Virus record (IMG/VR): IMGVR_UViG_3300017706_002546 | Coordinates: 1-57,212 of that record | DNA length: 57,212 nt | Direction: 5' to 3' (one strand) | Origin: a virus | Taxonomy: Duplodnaviria > Caudoviricetes | Shown here: positions 37,121 to 48,504 of the stretch, one piece after another | Position numbering within the stretch: the stretch's first letter is position 1 | How the letters are laid out: the number at the start of each line of letters is the position of its first letter | Notes under the pieces: generated by a model | Told to the model about the DNA's origin: nothing | The model's database searches: none | What the model saw: only the letters and a program-made list of their open reading frames with translations | Program-made: the position numbers and the translations under genes

Positions 37121-40100
37121 TTACTCCACCACGATACCTTGCTGAGATTGATATGTTCGATTCTTTACAACATTATCATCAAAGAAAGGCAAGGAAGCTG
37201 TTGCAAAAAGGCTTATATTTGAACTTTGAAACTGATTTTCTGATGTTCCGTCAACTTCGCTTGGCCTAACTCTAAAAAATTCTCTTAATTCCAACCCTGT
37301 CTCACTTCTTTCGCTTTTTACAAAATCAATTTTTATTGCTGGTTCTTTTGTTTGATTAACAACTCTTTGAGTCCTTCTTGTTTTAAACTTTGAATCTCTA
37401 CCTTGTTGATAAAAGTCAGAGAATTGACCAAAGTTTGATGAATTAAAGTAATACTTCGGTGAACCTGTTGACCTCATATTATTAATTAATCCTGACCCAA
37501 GATAGTATATGAAATAAGCTTGACTGGTGCCATATGAACTACTAGTTAAGTACTCACCTGTCTTATCAACAGCATCTGAGAAAACTCTTCTGGCATTAGT
37601 ACAATTAGAAAAAGCTTCAATAGCTGCAAGCCCTATCTGCTCAAGCGTCGATCCGTTACCTACGATACTGACAATTTGCTTACCAACTCTATTTAGAGGA
37701 TTCATTGCAGTTAGTATATTTTCTTGATTTGAAGCTTTTGCTCTTTGCTCAAAAGTAAATATGTTTTTACCAAAAGTTGCATAATTTGAAGTGCCGGGTA
37801 AAAGAGATAAATTGAACTGATCTCTTACACTGCCTGTTAATTCACTTCTCGTTGCATTCTGGAACTGGTCAACAACCAAATCGTTGCCAATGACTTCATT
37901 AATGTTGACTGATGTTAAATTTTGATTCGAGCCTTCGTGTATTTCTTTGTCATCTTTTATTTGCGATCCGTACAGGGTTAGCTTTGATCCACCAAAGATT
38001 GTTGATGGGTAAATATTATTTATGTTATTTATTTGAGTAAGATCGGACCCAATGGAGGTTGCCCAACCTAAAATTAGCTTGTCTGTTGGTTTTATTAAAT
38101 AAGGAGAAGTTAATTGTGTATTTGATGATTTTGGTAAAATTACTTCAGAAACATAAGAGCCACCTGCTGCGTTGTTTGCATCAACAGGCGTTTTTACTTC
38201 AAAAGTATTTTCTTCCGGATCAAAACCAGTAAAGGCGTTAAACAAACCTCTAGAGTCTTTATCCAAGTCTCCTGTTGATCTTCCTGGTTTTTGCTTACTA
38301 GTAAAAACAGCTCCTGCATCAGAAGATGATGAAAGCTGACCTAGAATTACATATGTATTATCAGGTAAGATAGGTGTGGATTTGCACTTTGACTCTATTC
38401 TAAAACTACTAGTTATTTGCTGTGCAACGCCACTGTATACTTCGTCATATACATTGATATTGTCTCTATCTGAAAATTTTTCAACAATATCTTCAAAGCT
38501 AATACTACCATTTGTCTGATCTGTTCCTGAACCTGATATTATGTTAATTGTCTGAGCATATGTTATTAAGTCTCTTGACTCTTCAACATAAGTTTCTTTT
38601 ATTCCATCACCATCTAAATCATAACTCCCTGGAATTGTTTCGATATAGGAAAAATTTAAATCATTTCCTAGCCTGTCGAGTCTTTTTACATTAATTTTTG
38701 TTTCTCCGGTAAAATTGCTTTGTCTCAAAATAAAAAAATTAAGATCTCTATATCCGTATTGATCAATAGTGGCATTCATATAGTTTGGTACACCATCTTG
38801 AAAATTATTACCACCCCTAAAAGTCTTGCCATATTCAATATCTACGTGGAATTTGGCATTATAGTCAATTACTAATTTTTCTAACAAAAAATCTTTTGTG
38901 ATACCAAGATCTGATGCTAGTATGTACTGGCTTGATGTTGCATGATACCTTCCTGAAAAAGGAAACCCGAATGTGTCGCAAGGTCTAAGATAAGAAGAAA
39001 TAACATTGTCATCAAGTAAATTAAAAGTGCTATCACTTCTTGAACTACCTGAACCTGTTGCAATTTTTCCTAAGTTAGAAAAACCCAGTATTGACGATGT
39101 TATAACTGATATTTGCGTATCCATGTCAAAACCTAGCTCTAAATTACTTCTAAAACCTGGGCCTATTGACTCCCAGCGCCTTAAGTCTTTATTCCAATAG
39201 CACATTGTAGGCTGATCTACGTCTGCTGATTCACTGTAAATTGATAAATTTGGGCGTTGATTTACAACGCCCAAATTTATCTCTGAGTCTGTGCTTAAGT
39301 CTATTTCTATTTTTGTTTTTGATAGTAATCCGCTGCTAAAACCTGGGTATTCTAAGGGGTCTACACCTCTGTTATAGAAGTTAGAATTATTTAAACTGCG
39401 TGTCTCTTTAAAAGGCCTAAGTATTTCAATGTTGTCTAAGTTATATTTTACGTCGCTTTCTATAGGGCTTGCACTAGCTTTGATACTGCTGTTTAAATAA
39501 TTTGGAGTAGATATAGAAGAATTTGCTATTTTTTTATCAAAAACGCTTTCAGAAGTTAAAGTAGGGTAAGTTAAATTCTGATCTCTCGAAATAATTTTTA
39601 TATTTCCAATTGCCCAAACTTTTTTTCTTGATCCTGAGATGCTGTCTTGAATAATTCTAATATAAAAACTACTCCCACCGTGGTTTTTAAATTCTCTCAT
39701 CGATAAGTTAACGATACAGCTAGGTCTTGTTTTTGTTGCCCTTTGTTCCTGTGTTACTAAGTTTGTATTTGACCTTCTTAGGGCACTATTTGCATCTAGA
39801 AAAGGTTTTAACCACCCGTTTGTTGTATCTAAAAAATCAACATTTGAAACGTTGTAATCGTTGATATAGACATTAGTCCATCCCGAAGTCCCGTTCAGCG
39901 AAGTTTGAACTTTTAAAACATCAGTTGGTGATCCCTGTGATAAACCTAGGCCTTGAAATGAAAAATCGTGTGGGCCTTGGTATACTTCTATTTGAACAGT
40001 TGGGTTTAAAACTTTTTGCTGAGTTCTGATCCATCTTCCTGAAGGGTCACCTGGGCCTTGAAATACAAAAGCACCTACAGTTTTACCTGTTGCGACTGAC

Positions 40101-40432
40101 GTTGTGATATCTTTTCTGATTTTTTCTCTGCTTGCAACTAGCCATTTTGCTGAAGATGGAGAAACAGCAAATTGATTTAAGTTAGAGACAAATCTCGCGT
40201 CTTCATTGAATGTATCTTCAATTATCTTTTCAAAAATTTGTGCACTATCTCTAAAAGGGCTACTAACAATGTCGCCCAGCCTATCACTGGTACCCATCCT
40301 TTTTAAAGTTGGATAACTACCAAGGCTATCGTCTTTTTCTCTAATTAACACTCTTGCAGGGTTACTTATGTAGCCGGAGCCAGTCACAAAACCTTTAGTC
40401 GTGTTACTACCTGTTATAAAAATTTTTGGCAT
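37121..40432 (-). CDS. Large virion structural protein (start revised to 40432)
   Basis: TAATG coupling at 40432 (MPKIFITGS); Ser/Gly/Thr-rich; tail module context. Confidence 0.65.
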   Translation of the reverse strand: MPKIFITGSNTTKGFVTGSGYISNPARVLIREKDDSLGSYPTLKRMGTSDRLGDIVSSPFRDSAQIFEKIIEDTFNEDARFVSNLNQFAVSPSSAKWLVASREKIRKDITTSVATGKTVGAFVFQGPGDPSGRWIRTQQKVLNPTVQIEVYQGPHDFSFQGLGLSQGSPTDVLKVQTSLNGTSGWTNVYINDYNVSNVDFLDTTNGWLKPFLDANSALRRSNTNLVTQEQRATKTRPSCIVNLSMREFKNHGGSSFYIRIIQDSISGSRKKVWAIGNIKIISRDQNLTYPTLTSESVFDKKIANSSISTPNYLNSSIKASASPIESDVKYNLDNIEILRPFKETRSLNNSNFYNRGVDPLEYPGFSSGLLSKTKIEIDLSTDSEINLGVVNQRPNLSIYSESADVDQPTMCYWNKDLRRWESIGPGFRSNLELGFDMDTQISVITSSILGFSNLGKIATGSGSSRSDSTFNLLDDNVISSYLRPCDTFGFPFSGRYHATSSQYILASDLGITKDFLLEKLVIDYNAKFHVDIEYGKTFRGGNNFQDGVPNYMNATIDQYGYRDLNFFILRQSNFTGETKINVKRLDRLGNDLNFSYIETIPGSYDLDGDGIKETYVEESRDLITYAQTINIISGSGTDQTNGSISFEDIVEKFSDRDNINVYDEVYSGVAQQITSSFRIESKCKSTPILPDNTYVILGQLSSSSDAGAVFTSKQKPGRSTGDLDKDSRGLFNAFTGFDPEENTFEVKTPVDANNAAGGSYVSEVILPKSSNTQLTSPYLIKPTDKLILGWATSIGSDLTQINNINNIYPSTIFGGSKLTLYGSQIKDDKEIHEGSNQNLTSVNINEVIGNDLVVDQFQNATRSELTGSVRDQFNLSLLPGTSNYATFGKNIFTFEQRAKASNQENILTAMNPLNRVGKQIVSIVGNGSTLEQIGLAAIEAFSNCTNARRVFSDAVDKTGEYLTSSSYGTSQAYFIYYLGSGLINNMRSTGSPKYYFNSSNFGQFSDFYQQGRDSKFKTRRTQRVVNQTKEPAIKIDFVKSERSETGLELREFFRVRPSEVDGTSENQFQSSNISLFATASLPFFDDNVVKNRTYQSQQGIVVE

Positions 40433-41664
40433 TACTTCTTTAAACCTCCAAAAGCAATCGAATCTGTTCCTAAAATGTTGCTTTCTCCAAATATTAATCC
40501 GCATGTAGAAGATTTAAACCTCTCACCGATTATTGATTTATTTCTATCTGACCCTGATAAAAAATTATTTTTTTGGCTTAAGTCGCTAAACAAGCTATAA
40601 TTTTCTGTTTGTTGACTAAAGTAACTTTCATCAATATAGGGGTTTGCAATACTTAAATTTTGATTCATCATGTTCGGCAAAGCAAATTTATAACCGCTTG
40701 CTTGGGAAGTATTATAACTTGAACTAGGAAAGTTAAACGATCCAAATTCTAATTCTTGCAAATCTTCATAAAAAACAAATTGATTTTTATCTTTAACTTC
40801 TTTTACATCTAATATTTCTACTGCGCCTCTTTGATTTCTCTCAACTGATGCGCCCATATATTCACCTTTTATGCCGGTTGGTAAATAATCATAAATCGAA
40901 TCTATTATTGATGTCCTTACATGGAATACGTCTATTGCGCCATTAAACCCGGGATCAGATGGGTTAACGAATTGCTCAAAAGTTTTTACAAGATCAGTAA
41001 CAATCGGGTATCCTTCTACTTGAGTTTTACCTAATAAATCTTTGGGGACGAGCTTGCCAAAATCTTGGAATGGAATTACTGTGAAATTGTCGTCAAATAT
41101 CTTAAATTCCAAACCGTAGCCAAAGTATTCTGAACCATAGTTATGATTAAAAACATTGTCATAGGAGAAAAAGCTGTCAGGGCTAATTCTGATTATCGGC
41201 ATTAGCGTCTTAGAGAATTGCTCAAAATTTTGCATATTCTTACCTTGTCTTTGACCGTCATATTTTTCAATATTTTGTTGACTACTAACGTTGTTTTCTT
41301 CTTCGCCAACTATTGTCACGCGACCTATCCTTGAACCTCCAACTGTTAAGTCAGTTAACTCTCCAGGTACAAAAGTTGATGCAACACGCTCGACTTCTTC
41401 GCCTAGTCTTCTCCAAGGGCCGGTATTCCAAGCAGATAACAAATTACTACCTCTGTTTTTAGGATAAAGCCCTCCTCTGGCTGGCGGTAAAAGTGAGTTA
41501 TTTGTTGTCCCTTTTTTTCGAGTACTCTCAACTTGTTCGGGCGTAAGATACTCGAAAACTGTGACAGGCACAAAAATAGACTTATTTGATTGTGATTCAT
41601 CAAACTGAATTTTTTTATTTGCAAAATTTGTTTTTGCAGGTTTGCCTTGAAATGGTATTGACAT
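40432..41664 (-). CDS. Hypothetical virion protein
   Basis: 410 aa; AGGAG SD; C-terminal GTDSIAFGGL. Confidence 0.6.
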   Translation of the reverse strand: MSIPFQGKPAKTNFANKKIQFDESQSNKSIFVPVTVFEYLTPEQVESTRKKGTTNNSLLPPARGGLYPKNRGSNLLSAWNTGPWRRLGEEVERVASTFVPGELTDLTVGGSRIGRVTIVGEEENNVSSQQNIEKYDGQRQGKNMQNFEQFSKTLMPIIRISPDSFFSYDNVFNHNYGSEYFGYGLEFKIFDDNFTVIPFQDFGKLVPKDLLGKTQVEGYPIVTDLVKTFEQFVNPSDPGFNGAIDVFHVRTSIIDSIYDYLPTGIKGEYMGASVERNQRGAVEILDVKEVKDKNQFVFYEDLQELEFGSFNFPSSSYNTSQASGYKFALPNMMNQNLSIANPYIDESYFSQQTENYSLFSDLSQKNNFLSGSDRNKSIIGERFKSSTCGLIFGESNILGTDSIAFGGLKK

Positions 41665-41672
41665 CTTATCTC

Positions 41673-44600
41673 CTAGTGCTTTTTAACGTTTCCGACAAAT
41701 TGAGATAAAAATATATTACCTCTGGCAGGGTCACGCTCTAAAGACTTCATGTAGATTTCATCGTAAAGATATTTAAATCGGTGTCTTTCTAAAACATGCG
41801 ACTCATAAATAAAGTTAATTCCTAAAAAGTTTGTTTGTTTAGGGATCATAGAATAAATTGAATCTGTAAAAGAACTATCAATCCACTTAAATAATTCTCT
41901 ATACTTTTTTAAATTTATCTTTTCAAGTAAGTTATTGAAGTAAACTTCTCTCATTGCACGTAAATCGAAGTATGACTCACCAAATAGTAAATTAGGATTA
42001 CCTAAAGCATCATCTAAGAAACTTAAATCTGAAAAAGCAGCTAATATATTTTCATTTAATCCCTTCATCGATGACATGTCTATTGACAGTCTATTATCAT
42101 CTACTGTTTCTTCACTGTATAAAACTTCATGAACAGGAGCAATTGTTGAAAAATATCCATTTTCAATGTTTTCAGAATCTTGAAAACTCCTAATTCTTAC
42201 TTTTTGCTTTGCATAATTTACGTCAAACTTGTCAGAAAGAATATCAAAATTAACATTTTTATTCGTAAAGATCGATGCTGACGATGTAGCAAAATTTGAT
42301 CCTTCAAAATGCAAATTGTTTTGAGAAAAATCAAAAATTCTAATGCTCCCTAAGCCGTCTGTTGCTTTTGTATTTTGTTTTGTGTCTGTCTGGAGTATTA
42401 ATCTCTCAAAAGAACCTGATGCAACTCTATTAAAGTTGTAATTTACAAGCGGATTATCTACTCCAAAACTACTAAGATTTCTTGTCCTATTTTTCCACTC
42501 ATTAACAGACGTATTTTTTGAGAAAAATCTCATATTTGTAATCATTCCAGAGAACTTTGTCGTGCTCCGCGCGGTGGTGTTGGCATTTAAAAACTTGCTT
42601 GTACTTTGAAATGACTGACTCCCTATCGTTATAAAACTACCTGACGTATTATACACCGAGATATTTTTTAAAACGCTGTCGCCGTAATTAGAAAAGAAAG
42701 AAGCAGTTGAGTGGCTCTCTATAATATCACCGTTTAGTTGTTTTGATGCCCTTAGAAAGTATGACCCAGAATTCCCTGTTGTAAAATCGTGACAATCTTT
42801 CTTTCCAAATGATATATACCAATGGTCTTTGTCAAAAACATTGACACCATCAAGAGTGATTTGTCTAGCTGTTGTATTTGTTGGGCTGTCAGATATGTAA
42901 AGTGAAAGACTTTCACTTGACCCAACAAGATTTAAAATACAAGACTCTGTAGAGCTTGGAGCAGATGTTCCTGTGACATGAAACCTAGCCAAGCTCTCAG
43001 TCACATTTAAGTAACCAGACGGCCACGAGTAGAGACCCTCATAAGTAAATGATCCAGAAGTAAATAGTCCGTCACTAGAATTATTGCTAATACCGTGAGG
43101 TGGGTAAATACTACTACTTACAAAAGATCCTCTAATTGCGGGCACACCTGTTTCAATTCTTGAACCGCTTAAAAATCCTGACTTTAAGTAGCCAGCTCCT
43201 TGTGTTGTCGGATACCCTCTACTGTCATAAGCTAACACATTAACTTTATTTGCATCTGAGAAATTTAAGAATGAAAAGACATCTTTTCTATTTTCTACTG
43301 AACCTTCAAGTGATTTAATTTTTGAGCCGCCATATTCTCTAAAATGAAGTATATTGTCAGGTTCAATACCTGATTGTCTAAATATGCTTTTAAGTGAGTC
43401 GACTGTTCCTCTTTTTAGATTGTTCTTGGGAGCCTCAGAAAGTACTCTTCTCCAAATTAAATTTTGGATTTCATACAGAGACTTAGCACTTTGTTGTGGG
43501 CTGTTATTAACGTTTACACCATCAAGAAGTTGTGCAAAATTTGCATATGCAAAGAAATCAGGGAGTATTGTGTTTGTTTTGTTTGCTTTTTCCTTTAAGA
43601 AAACATCGGGTGTTGTATCGTAATCATTATATTGTGTATAGTTATAGCTTGTAATTGCGTCTACAAACATTTTTAACTCATCATAAAATTTAGCATAAGT
43701 TAAAAGAAGTTTAATAAGTGTTTGGCTACTTGGCAAGTCTGTTTTTTGCTTACCTACATTGCTGTCACTCATTGTTGAGAAAGCTTCGCCTAGTGCATCA
43801 ATTTCTTGTTGAAACTCTCTAAAATTAGTCCCATCTTGAAAATAGTGGTGTGGGACTAATTTTGTGACAATATTAGGATTGAAATCGTCATAAATTGACG
43901 CTGTATGAAGCAAGCTCGTATTTAAAGTTTGAACAGTGCTAAAAGTTGGAAAAAGAACTGGATTTCTTTTTTTATCTTCTGCCAGAACTGGCACATCTGA
44001 CCCTGTCACTCTATTATGATTAATAAAATTTTCAACTCTTGAGTGTAAAGAATTACCTGACGCATCCAAGACTATATCATTTCCTGTGTGGCTACCTGGC
44101 GGTTCATTAAACCGATAATAAAGCTTCAGTGTAGGATTATTTTCGCTAGGGTAATAGCTTTTTAGTTTATATTTTTTAATACTTTCAATTAAATTAACAG
44201 AGTGAAAAAACCTTAAATCGTCCATTGAACCTGAGAATGTTTGTTTTTGTGTAAAGATAGTATTGTTTACTCTTGCAGTCTCGCCTGTTCCGATCGTTAA
44301 ATTTGCAGCATTGTAATCTAATCTGTTAAATACGACTTGATTGCTAGAAGAAATAACTTGATTATTATTTACTAATAATTTTGCTCTTTTGTCACCTAGC
44401 TTATCATACATAGCAGTTACGTGCGAAAAGACACCTTTGTCAATAGAACTAGTAACGTGAAGATAGTTGGATCCTGACGTAATTCCAAAGTGTAGATCAC
44501 ACTTGCTAATATCACTTGATTGTGACAGTGCTATTGTGAGATTATTAGCTATACTTGAAAACTTCTGAATAACAATTTGATTATCGTTAGCTTGAGTGGG

Positions 44601-45128
44601 TATTTTAATAAAAAACTCAAAAGAAAAAGGGGCTGTTATTGGGTCTAAGACAGCTAAACCATCCAATCTATCTGACAGTGCTGTTAGATTTGCTCCGCTT
44701 CTGTCAATGACATCTATAAAATTTCCGTTTGATTTATCTTCTCCAACCATTGTTCCGGAAAAGTTTAAATAACCAACATTTTTTGGAAAAGAATCTAATA
44801 CATATTTTTCAAAACCTGTCAATGAATCTTCGTATACTTCTATATCTTTTTGTGATTTTTCATAAGGATAAAAGTTGACAATCCTATCAAAAGCCTCATT
44901 AACTTTGGATACAGCTGAGTGAAAAAACGTATGATTCTCAAACTTAGACCAGTCTACTCTTAGTTGCTGAGATGAAACTAAGTAAGGTTTGTCTCCGTAT
45001 CGAAAAGAAGAAGTACTCTCAATGTTAGTATTTGCAAATTGCAAATAATTAATACTGCCTTCTTGCGAATCATTCAGATAGGCGACTGATCTTTTGTTTT
45101 GTCTTCTATATTTTGGCCTAAAAATCAT
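41673..45128 (-). CDS. Baseplate wedge-like protein with LamG-like domains
   Basis: FSFEFFIK..HVTAMYD..FSGSMDDLRFF..LKLYYRFNE..DASGN (LamG); IWRRVL..KRGTVDSLKSIF (wedge/P2 gpI-like motif). Confidence 0.7.
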   Translation of the reverse strand: MIFRPKYRRQNKRSVAYLNDSQEGSINYLQFANTNIESTSSFRYGDKPYLVSSQQLRVDWSKFENHTFFHSAVSKVNEAFDRIVNFYPYEKSQKDIEVYEDSLTGFEKYVLDSFPKNVGYLNFSGTMVGEDKSNGNFIDVIDRSGANLTALSDRLDGLAVLDPITAPFSFEFFIKIPTQANDNQIVIQKFSSIANNLTIALSQSSDISKCDLHFGITSGSNYLHVTSSIDKGVFSHVTAMYDKLGDKRAKLLVNNNQVISSSNQVVFNRLDYNAANLTIGTGETARVNNTIFTQKQTFSGSMDDLRFFHSVNLIESIKKYKLKSYYPSENNPTLKLYYRFNEPPGSHTGNDIVLDASGNSLHSRVENFINHNRVTGSDVPVLAEDKKRNPVLFPTFSTVQTLNTSLLHTASIYDDFNPNIVTKLVPHHYFQDGTNFREFQQEIDALGEAFSTMSDSNVGKQKTDLPSSQTLIKLLLTYAKFYDELKMFVDAITSYNYTQYNDYDTTPDVFLKEKANKTNTILPDFFAYANFAQLLDGVNVNNSPQQSAKSLYEIQNLIWRRVLSEAPKNNLKRGTVDSLKSIFRQSGIEPDNILHFREYGGSKIKSLEGSVENRKDVFSFLNFSDANKVNVLAYDSRGYPTTQGAGYLKSGFLSGSRIETGVPAIRGSFVSSSIYPPHGISNNSSDGLFTSGSFTYEGLYSWPSGYLNVTESLARFHVTGTSAPSSTESCILNLVGSSESLSLYISDSPTNTTARQITLDGVNVFDKDHWYISFGKKDCHDFTTGNSGSYFLRASKQLNGDIIESHSTASFFSNYGDSVLKNISVYNTSGSFITIGSQSFQSTSKFLNANTTARSTTKFSGMITNMRFFSKNTSVNEWKNRTRNLSSFGVDNPLVNYNFNRVASGSFERLILQTDTKQNTKATDGLGSIRIFDFSQNNLHFEGSNFATSSASIFTNKNVNFDILSDKFDVNYAKQKVRIRSFQDSENIENGYFSTIAPVHEVLYSEETVDDNRLSIDMSSMKGLNENILAAFSDLSFLDDALGNPNLLFGESYFDLRAMREVYFNNLLEKINLKKYRELFKWIDSSFTDSIYSMIPKQTNFLGINFIYESHVLERHRFKYLYDEIYMKSLERDPARGNIFLSQFVGNVKKH

Positions 45129-45137
45129 TACTACCTC

Positions 45138-46658
45138 TTAGATTATTCTAAATTTTGATGCTGCGTCTTTAATAACTGTGTCTGCGTTGTTTCTTCTTAT
45201 TAAAAAATCAAAAGAGTAAGTTCTTCCAGGTGGAAGTGAGTCTGTATAAAAAGTAAAAAACATTCCGTTATTATCAGTTGAAAGTCTAGACGAGTTGTTT
45301 TCTTTATCAAAGTCCATTAAAATTGAACCATCAACTACATCTCTTATTCTAAAGTGCATATTCTGAAATACTTGACTCTTTTTTTCTAGAGGCGTTTTAA
45401 CTGTCACTACATCTCTGTCTCTATCTTCAGCAAAAACTCTTATTTTTACTTTTTGTCCTCTTCTATACTCTTCATTTACATTTAAAACTGTGACAAGTAA
45501 GTTATTTTGATTTTTTGTATTTGAGATACGTCTATTTTCTCTATTTACTTTTAATGAAGAAGACAGATACGTAACTGTTTCTTGCGAATTTGTCCAAACT
45601 TCATTAAAAGTGATAGAACCTGTTATGTTTGCTTGTTCATAGAGGTTGGTATTAAAACTGTCAATCGCAAATGATGCAGAATAAATTCCTGTCATTCTAT
45701 GCCTTCCATTTAAAGCCTGTGATACATTAAAAGTTTTTTTATAACTCCCTGACTCTATCTTTAAAACCATGCAGTTTTCACCTGTTAAAGAAGTTGCAGA
45801 TGAACCTGACAGTATGTTTGCTAAGTCGTCTTGATGGTAATTTTGCAAATACAAAGATGAAGAAACATTGAAAATGATATCTTGATGACTATCGAATAAA
45901 GAATCATCATATCTAACTATCATTTGAGGTCTTTGTGACGCTCGATATGCATTTTTTGAAGAAAATCTCTTTACAAAATAAGATTTTTCGTTTGACTCAA
46001 AAGACCCAGAGAAAGCAATTAAAAAACCATGATCAGGTATTAAATTTGCAGCTGTACCTGAAACGATTGTTGTGACGTCCATAAAAAGATCTTCGTATCC
46101 TGATTCGAAAAATTGCTCTGCACATAGTGACTCGTTGCCTACTGACGAGTCTAGCGTTCCGCTAACTATAATATCGATATTATTAGCTCCAAGACTACCT
46201 GATGCCATTGCGCCAGGACTTTTCCATAGAACAGGAGCGCCATTCTGAATTGATGCTGTAACATAGTTTGTTGCATCTAAGTCAGAAAAACTAACAATAT
46301 CCAAACCTCTACCTTCATCAAAACTCTGTGACAAAGGAAAAAGAATTGCTTTAAAATTATTAGGAGTAGTTTGACCTCCGTATACATCACTTAGTTTAAC
46401 ATATACTTTGAAAGAATCGGCATCTAGATCAATTAACTTGTCTGTGTCCATCTGTCTTATTTCTTGTATTGGAAACTTGATGAGCAGTCTAGAAAATTCT
46501 TTTGGTGTGCTTTCTCCTGATATTATATTCTCATTATACAGCTTGAACAAATCCAAGGTCCCAGAAGAGCCTACATTTGAATCCGTCGCTCTAAACGAGT
46601 TGTTTATTATCTTATTTGTTATATAAGTGTCTTTTGATGCTGTGAGGATTCTTTGCAT
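45138..46658 (-). CDS. Baseplate-associated protein, possible DNRLRE/CBM-like domain
   Basis: ASKDTYI..SRLLIKF..DVT.IV..DHGFLI pattern; coupled to gp6. Confidence 0.55.
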   Translation of the reverse strand: MQRILTASKDTYITNKIINNSFRATDSNVGSSGTLDLFKLYNENIISGESTPKEFSRLLIKFPIQEIRQMDTDKLIDLDADSFKVYVKLSDVYGGQTTPNNFKAILFPLSQSFDEGRGLDIVSFSDLDATNYVTASIQNGAPVLWKSPGAMASGSLGANNIDIIVSGTLDSSVGNESLCAEQFFESGYEDLFMDVTTIVSGTAANLIPDHGFLIAFSGSFESNEKSYFVKRFSSKNAYRASQRPQMIVRYDDSLFDSHQDIIFNVSSSLYLQNYHQDDLANILSGSSATSLTGENCMVLKIESGSYKKTFNVSQALNGRHRMTGIYSASFAIDSFNTNLYEQANITGSITFNEVWTNSQETVTYLSSSLKVNRENRRISNTKNQNNLLVTVLNVNEEYRRGQKVKIRVFAEDRDRDVVTVKTPLEKKSQVFQNMHFRIRDVVDGSILMDFDKENNSSRLSTDNNGMFFTFYTDSLPPGRTYSFDFLIRRNNADTVIKDAASKFRII

Positions 46659-48502
46659 TATACTATTCTCCCGACAATGTCTTCGTTTGGATATTTTAGT
46701 TCAAATATTCCTCCAGGTGGAGGAAAAACTAAACCTCTGTCCATATTTTGTTTAACGTTAAAAGAATAGCCGCTGTAAGAATTACCACTTTGAACTCCTG
46801 TCTTGTTGCTAATTGTAAATTTAATTATGTTAACAACTCCGGGCACATTTAGTATTAGATTTTCTAGTTCGCCTAATATTATTGGCTTATTAATTTGCTG
46901 ATTTCTAATGTTAAAATATTCAGAAATTTTTGAATTTATTGTTGCAATTACAGACTCAGACCTAAAACCTTTTTGAATTGTCACAGAATATTCTGTTCCA
47001 ATATTAATTATTATTGCATCTAAAATGTCAATTGAGTCAGAAACTATTCTAAATTTATTTAAGTATTTTGACAGATTTTGCTTAAGTGTATCGGGTGAAA
47101 CCATCAATTTACCACTCTGACTCCTAGATATTACATGTAACTGGCTGCCTCGTGGATTTCTAGGATTGTCTGTGACAGCTGCTCTATATACTTTACCAAA
47201 ATTTACAGGCATTGAGTGAACTCTTGCTAACAAATCTTCTCTTGTAACAATTCTATTTTGAGCGCTTCTATTAAAGAGGGCAACATTTCTCATCTCTTCT
47301 ACTGTTGACTCGTCTTCTCCTCCTTTTGCTGAACTAGGATTAAAAACTCTTAAAGAAGATCTAACACTGACCTCTTCAGATACGGGTGTACTTGTCATAA
47401 ATGAAAGAATTGCTGTCTTAATTGAATTAATTTGCCCTGAACCTACATTGTGTGACAAACCACCACCGTACCTATAATTTACTGTCAATGTTGTATTGAC
47501 AGGTGATATACCTAAAGTCTGACTTGATAGAAAGCTATTTGGGTCGACAGATATTGTTGTAAAAGATTTTTTATCTCCAAACAATCTAATTGCATGCTCA
47601 CTTGGGTCGGGTATTACATCTTCGTCAAAGGCATTTTCGTCACCTGAACCAAATCTTAGAGTTGTCTTTCCGGTCTGAGTACTCCTAGCAGTCACAAATC
47701 TTTTTGGAGCATGAAAAAGCTCAAGCCTAGATGGTACATCTGCTAAATCGTATTTCGTATTCTCGTAAATTTTAAACACTGTGTCTTGAGATAAAGTGTC
47801 AACTTCATAATATTCGTCTCCGTTTGAGTCAAAGACAGAAATAATTTCGTTCACGTTCTCTTTTGAGAGAGTAATTGTTCTAAAAGGTACTAGCTTGTCT
47901 GGTATTGAGATATTTTCAGTTTCAATTCTACTACTAGAACAAACACCTTTTCTTTTTAAAATAAAGTTAATAGGTATATTCCCGCTAGATCGGCCAATTA
48001 AGACTTCTGCTAGTAACTCATTGTTGTCATCAAGTTTTTTAAAGTCAACATCTTCTAATAATGTAAACTCTATCCCACCAGGTGTTGAGAATACAGAATT
48101 TTTCCTGACGGTAGGTGTTGCAATTGTTTTTGGCTGATATATTCCGTTAATTTGCTCAGCGGGTACTACAACTGATAAATCAACAGTTGCGTAAGCAGGA
48201 GCTGCAGGAGGGACTTCAAACCCCGCTTCTCTAATTAGTCTTTCTAAGTTAGTTTTTTCAATAGCTTTCTCTAAAGAGTTTTCATTAAACTGATGATCTA
48301 AATAATACATTAGGACATCACCTACATATGCATTCATATCAAGTAAAAGACCTCCCAGACTTGAATCTGTAAAGTCAATTATTTCATTACTAAAATGTCT
48401 TAAAGCATAATTTTGTATTTCCTGTCGAAGGCTTTTAAAGTCTTTGTTTGTATAGCTAACTTCCTTAATCTTATTAACTTCTTTGCTTATATTCCTTGCC
48501 AT
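46658..48502 (-). CDS. gp6: Baseplate wedge subunit, T4 gp6/baseplate J-like
   Basis: YTNKDFKSLR..DF.DSS.G.LLLDM.AYVGD, LRFGSG, YRYGGG, GGEDES.EEMR and QNRIVTRED. Confidence 0.88.
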   Translation of the reverse strand: MARNISKEVNKIKEVSYTNKDFKSLRQEIQNYALRHFSNEIIDFTDSSLGGLLLDMNAYVGDVLMYYLDHQFNENSLEKAIEKTNLERLIREAGFEVPPAAPAYATVDLSVVVPAEQINGIYQPKTIATPTVRKNSVFSTPGGIEFTLLEDVDFKKLDDNNELLAEVLIGRSSGNIPINFILKRKGVCSSSRIETENISIPDKLVPFRTITLSKENVNEIISVFDSNGDEYYEVDTLSQDTVFKIYENTKYDLADVPSRLELFHAPKRFVTARSTQTGKTTLRFGSGDENAFDEDVIPDPSEHAIRLFGDKKSFTTISVDPNSFLSSQTLGISPVNTTLTVNYRYGGGLSHNVGSGQINSIKTAILSFMTSTPVSEEVSVRSSLRVFNPSSAKGGEDESTVEEMRNVALFNRSAQNRIVTREDLLARVHSMPVNFGKVYRAAVTDNPRNPRGSQLHVISRSQSGKLMVSPDTLKQNLSKYLNKFRIVSDSIDILDAIIINIGTEYSVTIQKGFRSESVIATINSKISEYFNIRNQQINKPIILGELENLILNVPGVVNIIKFTISNKTGVQSGNSYSGYSFNVKQNMDRGLVFPPPGGIFELKYPNEDIVGRIV

Positions 48503-48504
48503 AT